A DNA stretch of 59,331 bases, counting the filler, from Basidioascus undulatus (Eukaryota): NCBI GenBank assembly GCA_000826855.1. It is 6 parts of 6 records of this genome, joined end to end, with 100 filler letters (N's around TTAATTAATTAA, not from the genome) between each part and the next. Parts side by side here need not be neighbours in the genome. Positions count along the whole stretch, not along the records: positions 49,570 to 59,331 come from JTLS01001211.1; 5 more parts are not named here. One strand, given 5' to 3'. Numbering within the stretch: the stretch's first letter is position 1; the number at the start of each line of letters is the position of its first letter. The notes under the pieces were generated by a model. It was not told the origin of the DNA. It saw only the letters and a list, made by a program, of their open reading frames with translations, and ran no database searches. The translations under genes and the position numbers were made by a program. Below, piece by piece: positions 49,570 through 59,331 of this stretch.

Positions 49570-52500
49570 CACCGCTCACCGCATCCCCCTCAGTACGAGA
49601 TCGCGCACATCTTCCCTCCGCCTCCGCCTCCTCCTCCCGCCCGACGAACCCGCACATTTTCCCCACGCCCCCCCCCTCCCCGCACACGACCCCGACGCGC
49701 ACGCCCGCCGCGTACCCCTTCCCCTCCTCCGCGCCCTCCTCTTCCTCGCTCGCGACGACCATCTCCGACGCGGGCGCGTCCGATCGCACGCGCAAGCCGT
49801 CTGCTACGGCGCAGGAGTCGCTTTCGCTGCCCAACATCGAGCGGGCGGGCGGCGCAGGCAGCGAGAGCAACAATGGCTCGCGGCGGTCGTCGTCCATGGA
49901 CGGGCTGGGACTCGGTCTGGAGATCTCACCAACCACTCTCGCCCAGCGGCGGCGCTCGGGCTTGCCGCCGTCACTTGCAATCGCAGGGACGGGCGGCGTA
50001 GGCTCCGCGTTCTCCTCCCCGTCCTCCGCATCCACGCCCTCCGACGCGCGCCCACAGGCCTCACCCCGGCGTACCAACTTTCCCCTCTCCTCGTCTACCG
50101 ACGGTCTCGGCGCACCCACCTCTGACCTGCCCGTCGTCCGCCCGCTCAGCCCGCGGCGCGCCAAAAGCCCGCTCCCGCCCGAACGTTCGCCCTCGCCCTC
50201 CCCCTCCCCCGTGCGCCCGACGAGCCCCCTCCGCTTCGAGACCTCCTCCTCCGTACCGAAGAACACGAGCCTCGCGCTCCCCAACCCCCTCTCCCCACCG
50301 CTCTCTCCCTCGCGCGCCGCCCCCACCGCTCCCCCAGCGGAAGAGACACCCCGTTTCAGCTTGTACGACCCGGACTTTCTCGCTCTCCTCGACACTGGCC
50401 TGGGCGGGGACTTTTCCGTTTTCGGCGAGGCGGAGGTGGAAGAGGCGCGCAATAAAACAGCGCCCCAGTCCGAGCGCAAAGGCCTCTCTCGCAGCCCGCT
50501 CATGGACCTCGCCGCCGCCGCCGCTTCGGAGGACGACACGACGACCCCCTCGCCCTCGTGCCCGTCGACGCCGACCAAGCGCGTCCGCCCGCGCGGGGGG
50601 TCCGCAGCGTCCACGACCGCCGAGGAAGGCGCAGCCGCTGCGCTCGCGGCGCTCGTGCGCGAGGCGAAGGGCCCCGGCCCAGTGAGCGTCGAGCAGGGGA
50701 CCCTCGAGCTCATCCTCCGGGAGCTGGGGGAGGGGCGGGAGCGGATCCGGGAGCTGGGGAGCAAGTACACGGAGATGAAGGTGCGGTTTCCGTCTTCCTT
50801 TTTCTCCCCTCCTTGGCGGGAAAGCTGATGAGGGATGGGTGAGGGAAAAGACCACCTCGATCCACGTCTTCCAGGGCCTGACGGGTGTTAAGGAGGAGTA
50901 CGACTCCGAGGCGTCACGGCGGCGCGATGCTGAGGCGGAGATTGCACGCCTGCGAGTCCAGCTGTCTGAGCATGCGGGCAGGCTCGCGCGGATGCAGCAC
51001 GAGCGCAAAGGCCGCGAGAGCAAGGACCGACTGAGCCAGGACGTCAAGTCTGGACTGGTGGGGATGCAGAATGAGCTGGCGAGGCTGAGGGCGGAGAGGG
51101 ACGTCGTGCTTGCGGAGCTGGAGGAGCTGGGAAAGGCGGCGAAGAGGTGCGTTTTGCTTTTTGGCGTGAGGGATGAGGAGGAAGGTGGTTCTGATTTCGT
51201 TTGAGGAGGATGGACAGGCCGGACACGTTGGGGGAGAACACACTGCGCCGGAACCGGGAGGTGCCTCCCGCTGCTGCGTCGTCAGGGACAGGGACGGGCG
51301 GGCTGGACCGCGCGCTGTCCGTGCGGCTCGAGGGCCTCAAGTCGCGGTACAAAGACGAGCTCCCGCCGCTGACGCGCGAGCGCGACGCGCTCAAGCAGGA
51401 GATCGCCGAGCTCAAGGAGATGCGCGACGTCTTCCTCGAGGAGACGGCCGCGCTCAACGTCCGCAACGAGGAGCTCGCGGAGCTCAACAACCAGGTGCAG
51501 CGCCAGCTCGAGGCCGCGCAACAGGAACTCGCCGCCCTCAAGCTCCAGCAGCGCGCGCTTGTTGACCGCGCGCCCGCGCCCGCGCCGAAACAGAAACACC
51601 ACCACCACCAGCACGCGAGCCCGAGCTTGTCGAGCATTGCGACGAGCGAGAACGGGACTCCCCACCAGCAGCACGCGCAGCAGCAGCAACAGCAGCAGCA
51701 GCAGTCGGCGGACGAGGCGCGCGTGGTGAAGGTGGGCGCGAAGCTGGAGCAGGCGCAGCCGGTGCGTAAGTTCCGGTGGCTCGGCGCGGGCAAGGGCGCT
51801 GCGCCTGCGCCTGCGCACGCGAACGGGACGGGCACGGGCGGTGCCCCTGCGCCGGTGGAGAAGCCCCTGCCTGTGCCTGGAGGAGGCGGGTCGGACTGCC
51901 TTGCGCCGCCCGCGCCGCCTGCGCCGGTGGAGAAGGGCGGGCGACCAAGCAGGGACGTTAGCGTCCGCGAACACCTCTTCCAGCCTATGAGCCTGCTGCG
52001 CATCGTGCGATGCGACCACTGTGGGGATAAGATGTGGGGCAGGCAGGAGATGCGGTGCGCTAGTGCGTCTATCCTTCCGTTCCCCTCTCCCGCCGCTTCC
52101 CTGTCGTACTCGGGTGGTGGGTGCGAAACTGATGAGTGGGCGGATGGGATAGTCTGCGGCATGTACTGCCACGCCAAGTGCTGCACGCACGTCCGCACCG
52201 TCTGCTCGGCGTCGACGTCCCGGGCTGAGGAAGAGCCTGCTGGATCGCCCCGTGCGTCTGATGCTGCTCCAGACTGATGAGGGGCGCGGTGCTGACGTTG
52301 GTTTGTTGTTCTTCGATATACAGGCCCTTCCATGTTTGGCCGCGACCTGACCGAGCACCTCCGCGAGGACGGGCGCGCGATCCCGATCGTCGTGGAGAAG
52401 TGCGTGGCGGCCGTTGAGGACCACGGTGCGTCCCGTGTCTCCCTTGCCCCACGCGTTCGCATGTCGCTGAAAGGACGCCGGGGTGGGATGGCTGTCGGAA

Positions 52501-53247
52501 CAGGGATGGACTACGAGGGCGTGTACCGCAAGTCGGGCGGCGCGGCGATGTGCAAGGAGATCACGGCGCAGTTTGAGCGCCGCCGGTACGACGCCTTCGA
52601 CCTCTGCGACCAGGACCGCTTCAACGACATCAGCGCCATCACGTCCGTGCTCAAGAACTACTTCCGCGGACTGCCGAACCCCCTTCTCACCCACGCGCTC
52701 CACGAGTCGTTCGTCGCTGCCGCTCGTGCGTCTCTGCGTCTCATTGCTTCTTGCCCGGTGATTACGTGGGGGTTGCGGTGTGGGCTGTGGTGCTGACCCG
52801 TGGAAGGGATGGGCATGGGTCGGGTCGACAGAATTCCAAGACCCTGAGGCGAAGCAGACGACGCTCGCGCGCCTCGTGCACGAGCTCCCGCGCCCGCACT
52901 TCGACACCCTCGCGTTCCTCATGCTCCATCTGCATCGGTCAGTCGCATGACATCGATGGTGGATCTCGCTCGCGTTCGACATTTGCTGATCTTGTTCCCG
53001 GTACGCCTACACAGCGTTACCCGACAAGCCTCCGTGAACCTCATGACCGCGCGGAACATGGGCGTTGTCTTCGGGCGTGCGTTCACAGTTTCGCTGCGAG
53101 AGCACGGACACGCTTGCTGACAGTGCTTCCCCCACAGCCACGCTCATGCGCTCTAAGGACCCCGCGCGCGAGTTCGCCGACGTCGCCGGCAAGGCGCTCA
53201 CCGTCGAGTGGCTCGTCGACAACGCGGCCAAGGTCTTCGCCAACTAG
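49570..53247 (+). CDS. Rho GTPase-activating protein (Rga-like): coiled coil, C1 domain, RhoGAP (5' partial)
   Basis: C1: HLFQPMSLLRIVRCDHCGDKMWG..C..CGMYCHAKC. RhoGAP: MFGRDL..IPIVVEKC..GMDYEGVYRKSG (arginine finger), SVLKNYFRGLPNPL and NLMTARNMGVVFG. Ends AAKVFAN*. Confidence 0.9.
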
Positions 53248-55136
53248 GCTGCAGCGCAAGCCCAAGCCCACGCCGCTGGTCGGCCGCTGGCTTGCTTCGC
53301 TTTTTCCTCTCCCCTGCTTCTGCTCCTCTTTCCGCCCTGCATCTTTCTGTGCTTCCAATCGTGCTCTCTCTGTTCTCCCTCTCTCCCTCGCTGCATCTAT
53401 CTGGACTCGAACTCGCTCGCTCGCATCACTCCCCTCGTCCCCGCTCGCTCCGCTCCGTCTTCGTTTTTATGTTGTTTCCATCTCTCGCTTCACATTCAGC
53501 GCGCTCATATCCCACCTTCGATCCCCATCTGCCCGCCGCTGCTGCCAAGCATGCCGTAACAGACGGAATCTGTACTTCGCTTCCCACGCGAACCGCTTGG
53601 CGCCTGGCTGCGCACATATACGCCCCTCTCCCCCCCGGGTCCCGCACTTGCTTCTCGTCTTGTTCTGTGGCATGTTGCACGCATTGGTTCTGGACGCGTG
53701 TTATCTGCTTGAGGCTGAGTGAGCGTGTCGGCTGGCTCGGTATTACGGACTTGGTAGCGGCAGGCTGGGGCGCAGTGGAGGTGTCGTCGAAGGCCAAGGT
53801 CAAGAAAAATATTCGCTGCGTTGACGTTCAGGTATGGAATACTGTAATCAAAAATAGTGCAGTGAGCCTTCGTTGAGTTGCGTTGACAGCTTCGAATTTC
53901 ACAAACGCATTTAACAGGCTTTACAGAGCAAAGGGAGTCATTGAGACAACAGCTTGGCACTGCCGGCGTTGCCTCACGTACAAGCACAAAGAACCCTTTC
54001 AAATGCAAACCAAGGAAGTTCGGATGAGGAAAGTAACATCGACTCTAATGGAAAAGCATCGTGAGAGGCTTCCCAATGTCGCTGTAGGCCCAACGGTCCT
54101 GTGCCTCCGAACCCCATAAACTTGCCGAGTTGTCGTGACATCACGCCTAAGATTAAGCTTTGCAGAACAGAAACGTATCTTTCATTCACTCAAAGCAATT
54201 GTTTCACAGGTAATATGCCCCCGCCTTGCACCTCCTCTTCCCCGTCCATGATTTTGGCAGCTTTGCGCATATGCAGCGTCTCGCAGCTTGCCGCTGTTCG
54301 CAGTTCCAGACTCCCAGTGTTGACCTTCTGCAAAGCAGGCTATGAGACTGTCGCCTGAAGATGCAGATATGCAATAAAAACTTCTGGCCTGCTATTGCGA
54401 TGCTGTCTTTGATAGGTTGAAAGGAAGGACACGAAGGACACTGATACCGAGTGACACGTGCACGGTGCAACTGCGTGACAGGGTGCAGCGCCATATCGTT
54501 TGACAGCTTGAATTGACATGGGGACAGGTGTTCCTTAAAATTGGGGCTTGGAAAAGCTGGGAAGGCTGGAAAGTGGCAGGAAACAACCGATCGATCATCG
54601 AACCCACGTATCTCGTCAGTACTACAACATGTATCATGCAAGCACACACAAGCACACACAAGCCTTCTCCAAGGCCCCCGCAGCCGGAGCAAGGCCGGAG
54701 GAGGGCCTGCGCGTTGTGGAGGGGGCGCTTTCTGCACAAGCAGCCAACGGCCAACAGCCAACAGCAGCCGTTCGGTGCGTTGGGAATAGCGATCTCTTTC
54801 GGCAACCACGATCGTGGAGTATGGCTCCTATTATCCGCAATCCCCGCAGCCCAGGGCGTTAAACCACCGGTAACTGGGTCACCGTTTAGCATTGCACGGT
54901 TTCCATGCGCCCCCTCAGGATGAGCTCAGAACTACCAGATCAGTCAGACGCATCGCGTGTCGCAAGAAAGAATATGACAAGAGAACTATCTACAGATGAG
55001 AATACGAAACATGCTATTGAATGAGCAACATGCGGAGAATGAATGCGATGCACGATATCTAAAGACGGGAGAGCAGGTCAGCCGGCGGAGGTTGGTCAAG
55101 TGACATGAGGTAAAGCGGACGGACATTGCCAGGTCA

Positions 55137-58100
55137 TTACGCGAAGCCAAAGCCCGTTCCACCCTCGTTGATGGCAATGAGAAGCTGCCGCCGGAGCATC
55201 TCGTAGCTGGAGTATTGCCCGAGGTCAAGCTGCCGATGACCCCAAAGTCAGGCGAGCCCCTAGACAAAACAATTTTGGTGGACGTACCTGATTGAAGCAA
55301 GTGTGAGCTTGCGGCAGCTTGTCCTCGTCGTACGAGCGATGGATGTTGAAGCGCTGGACGCCTTGAGATCCCTGCAGAGCGCCGAAGCCCTCCAGCGGTA
55401 CGCTGTCGAGAGAACAGTCAGTGAGAAGCCCCAAGCAGGAACGAGCGAGGATTACGTACCGACTCGAGCCCGTGACGAACTGGAGGAAGGACGCCCGCTC
55501 GGTCTGGTCGAACGACCGCAAAGCACGCCTGCAGGAAAAGGAAATGAGCTTTCGGATCACCGGCGAACAGTCGATTGCACATACCAGAACCATTGGATGA
55601 CAGCGTCCGACGAGTTGAAGCCAACGTAGTCGGTGTGCCTGAGAAGGACAATGCACATGAGCCCCGTGCCAAAGAGCCTGCGAGGACCATACCAACTTAC
55701 GCCCGCCAAGAGTCAACGTCGATCGTAGGCAAGCCGGAGATGAGCAGCTCCAATCTGTTTCCCGATACACGTCAGCAATGAACGGTTCACTTAATGAGAG
55801 ACAAATGAGGCGTACTCATTCTCGCTGAAGATCTTGACGAGCTCCGCCGGGATGATGTCGTGGAAGCCCTCGAGAAAACTCGTGGTCTGCTGCTCGATCG
55901 CCTTCGTGAGACGGTGCTCGGTGACGAGCCTGACATATTCGCGCTTGTTCGACTCGGTGACCGGGGTCTGGCTACCGTCCGTCTTGAGGTCGATGACCTT
56001 GGTCTCGCCGAACTCGTCCGATTCGACGCTGAACGTGAGGTCGAGTACGTCCGTGATGTCGTTCTCGAGCATCCAGACCTGTAGCGGGACCGGTAGAGCG
56101 ATATCAGTAACGGCTCAAAAGATCGAGAGAGAATTATGTGACGCACCAGGCTCTTGTAGTATTCGAGATCGACCGACTCGAGGTCTCGGTAATCGACGCT
56201 GCGGCCGAGGATGTGCTTGTAGAACGAGCGCGTGAAGTGAGCGTCGAGCAAGCGGCCGTCGTAGATTGCCTTGCCGATGATGCGACCGACAAACTTGAAG
56301 AAGCTGAGATGCTCGGGGTTGACGTATGATGCGCGGTTGGGCTGGTACGTGAGCTTGTCGGCGTCGATCGGCTGCAGCGGGGCAAACGGTGAGCATCTAC
56401 CGGACAAGACGAGCGGAGAAGAATGTACCTGGAAGAGAGCGTAGTTCGGGTTAAACATCCGCTGGGCGAGGACCTGGTACCATTCGCGAGCAACACCGCC
56501 GGCGTCGACGCCCTCCTCGTCATAGAACCGCACACTGAGCTTGCCGAACTTGACCTCGTCGCCTGATCGCCGTTGGAAGTAGCGGAACGAGTCTTCGAAT
56601 ACGTACTGCCGGCGGACGTTGACGTGGAGCGTGCCGTAGTGCTCGCGGGGCGACTTGCGCTGGCGCAGGCGCTGCGTGAAGAAGCTACGCTTGTTGTCGA
56701 ACTCGAGCATGCGCGGGTTCTGGACGAGCAGCGAGAACGACCCGCTCATGAGCGACGGGTTGTTGCGAACCATGACGTTCAAGATCTTGCGGTGGCGCTC
56801 GGTGAAGTCAATGAAGACGTCCCCGATCGCGTCCGACGCCGACGTCGGCGACCGCGGCGACCCAACAGAGCGAAGAGCGCGAGCAGCAGCGGTCTGCGGG
56901 CTGACGTACTTGCAGACGACCATGAGCGACTCGATAAGCGGGAGGAGCACGGTGGCGACGTGGATCATGTCGCCCTTGTCCTCGATCACCGCCAAAGCGT
57001 CGCCGAGACGGCGCCACAGGGGGGCGAACTGCGCAATTGCATCGCTAGTCAGCATCAGCGCTCGAAAGCTTAAATAATCAGCGCTCGAAAGCGTAAATAT
57101 GGGCGGACAAACCTGGAAGCTCTCGTAGATGGCGTTCACCTTCGCCTCGTCCGTCACGCTCTCCTGCACGCCTACAGCGAGCGCTTGCGCGGGCGCATCC
57201 GGCCCGACGGCCGGCGCAGGAGCGAGGGCAGCCGCGGCCTGAGCGAGCGTGTTCGGCGCACCGGGCGCATCAGCACCACCTGGCGCTGCCGCCCCCTCGG
57301 CACCCGACGTGCTCGCCTCGGCAGCGGGAGTCGACTTCGGCTTGCTGTACATGTAGTCGATCGTCTTGAGGACGCGTAGCAAGCGAGCCTGCAGCGACGA
57401 CGCAGGGAGTAACTTGGCGAGCGTGGAGCCACGAACATCGCTGCCGCTCGACGCCGCTTCGAGCGCGGTCGTCAGCTCCTCGACCTCGACGAGAAGCGCC
57501 GAGCCGAACTCTTGTGCGCGTTGGCGCAGCTCGCCAGCGATGGCGTCGCGCGCGTCCGGGATGTACGACAGGTGCTGGATGAGGCTGAGGGTCTGCTGGA
57601 ACGTTTTGCTCGAGCACTCGCCGACGGTGAGGATGTTGACAACGAGCTTGAGGATCGGGTGCGGCACTTGCGGCGGGACGGTAAGGGCGGACGGGTCCTC
57701 CTGCGGGGCCTCGCCTCCGGGACCAGGTGCGGGAGACGGAGCGCCCGCCTCGGGCTCAGTGGGAGCCAACTGAGTCTCAGCGCTCGCGTCGGGCGCCTCG
57801 GGATGCGCAGCAGTGCCCGCGGATGGGGCGTCGGACTTGGGAGCCTCGGCCTTCTTCAGCGTCCCGAGCGGACGCGTGATGTTCGCAAGTAGCGTTGTAA
57901 ACGAGTCCATCATCGCCTGCGTCTTGAAGAGCGTCGGGCGGTCGAGGAGGCTGAGCAGGATGACGATCGGGAACCGGACGGGCGCCGGCTGTTTCTCCTT
58001 GCCCTTGCCCTTCTTGGACGGCCGCGGCTTGACGCTCGCTGACAAGTCGTGCTCGGTCAAGAAGAACAGAGAGGCTTGCTCGTTCGCGGCGACGAGGGCG

Positions 58101-59331
58101 GCGAGCGCTTCGAAGCAGCTTTGCGCGATAATGTTCGGCAGCGTCTCCGGAGGAAGCTGGGCCAGAACGGGGCCGGCGGGGCTGTCGAACGTCGCCTTGC
58201 GCTTCGGTGTCGCCTTTGGCGTGGCAAACGCCGTCGGCGCCGGTATAGGCTTCGGGGCACCCGGTCGCAGCGACATCTGCGAGAAGCTTCGGTCGACCGC
58301 GGGAAGATCGCCAGTACCCTCCTGGAGGATGTTGAGCAGCAAGCTTAGGAGCTCTACGCGGGTCTTCGAGTTCTCCGCGAGCTGCGAATATCGTTCAGGT
58401 GAGGATGGATGGTTTGCCGCAACGAGAGCGAAGCGAAAGTGACGTACGTTGATGAGGATCTTGTTGATGTGACTCTTGCGGAAGAGTTGAGGGTGGAAGA
58501 GAAGCCGAACCAGAGTCGAGAGGCCGCCTTTGTCGAGGAGCTGCATGGCGTCCCGGTGAACAGCTTTTCTCGGCTGCGGCTGCCCGCCCGGGTGCCCGCC
58601 CGTCCTGCGCGCCAGCCGCGCTTCCATCGGTGCGTAGCGACGGTGACGATCGCGCAGCGCATCCACCTCGGCGATGACGGCGGGCGGAAGAGTTTGGAGC
58701 ATCTCTTCAGGCTGGTCGAGCAAGACGATTTGGCGAAGGCTCGGGTCGAGCGAAGCGAGGAAGCTCGCAGGGTCCATGTCGTCCGCTTGCGCTCCGGCCT
58801 GTCCTCCCTCCGGCTGCCGCGCGGCGGCTTCGGCCCGCTCCCGCCGCATCTGCTCAATAGCCTCCTGCTGCAGGACTTCGGCGCGGAGCTCGGCCGGAAG
58901 GGCGTCGAGGAACTCGACCGAGATGCCGGTAGGCTGCTCGGCGCTCGCTGGAGTAGGCTGGGTCGATGTCGAGACCCGAGCGCTGGCCGCGGCGGCGGAG
59001 CTAGCGGCGCGGCGCGTTTCGCGGAAGTGTTGGTTGATGACTTCTTCGCGCATGTCGTCGGGAAGCGCCTCGAGGAACCTAGACAACACGGCTCAGTTAG
59101 CGCATGCTAAGGCATAAAGCGTTACGGCGAAAGCCCTACGTTGGGTCGATGCCGGTGTCCGTGATGTCGACTTGCTCGCCGTGGACGGTGACCGTCACCC
59201 GCTCAGGTGCCGGATCCGAGCCGCTCGCCTCAGCGGGCACGCCCCCTCCGGGAGAGGTCGCCGCCGATTCGGGGGCAGCGGGCTCGCCGGCGGCTGACTC
59301 GGCTGGGGGAGCAGGAGGGAGAGCTCCAGAC
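55137..59331 (-). CDS. TOM1: HECT E3 ubiquitin ligase Tom1/HUWE1, C-terminal part
   Basis: UBM repeats ([37 protein letters not shown]) and [19 protein letters not shown] motifs [19 protein letters not shown] and catalytic [10 protein letters not shown]. Ends GTGFGFA*. Confidence 0.97.

Noticed and set aside
49514..52982. Long antisense ORFs (418, 328, 472 and 566 aa)
   Set aside because: Shadow ORFs of the GC-rich RhoGAP gene. The same applies to the antisense ORFs at 292-1190, 38685-39662 and 40531-41796.
55787..59089. 1100-aa ORF treated as one exon
   Set aside because: It reads through several in-frame introns and is part of the spliced TOM1 gene.

Overview
This window is eukaryotic (fungal) DNA and is not contiguous. 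Six contigs of about 9.8 kb (9875, 9836, 9830, 9765, 9763 and 9762 bp, in descending length) are joined by artificial 100-bp N44-TTAATTAATTAA-N44 linkers. The genes are GC-rich and intron-dense, with GTGCGT/GTACGT/GTGAGT donors and CTGAC branch points, which suggests a basidiomycete, probably Pucciniomycotina (inference). Recognisable genes: an RRM protein, two MDR enoyl-reductases (one a pseudogene), a C2H2 zinc-finger protein, a truncated ARG2, an alpha/beta hydrolase, a GH18 chitinase, GCN20/ABCF3, a secreted six-hairpin-glycosidase-like protein, HMG-CoA synthase (ERG13), a DUF6534-like membrane protein, a Vps39/Vps3/TGFBRAP1-like protein, F-box proteins, a C1-RhoGAP, the HECT ligase TOM1, an intron-containing tRNA-Pro(CGG) and a hAT-like MITE. 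The standout is a circularly permuted tRNA-Arg(ACG) gene at 29078-29150. Its 3' half lies upstream of its 5' half, it is split at the canonical 37/38 intron site, and it has an A-box-like element in the leader and a T5 Pol III terminator directly after the 5' half. I know this gene architecture from some algae and an archaeon but not from fungi. All gene models were spliced by eye, so internal boundaries are approximate.
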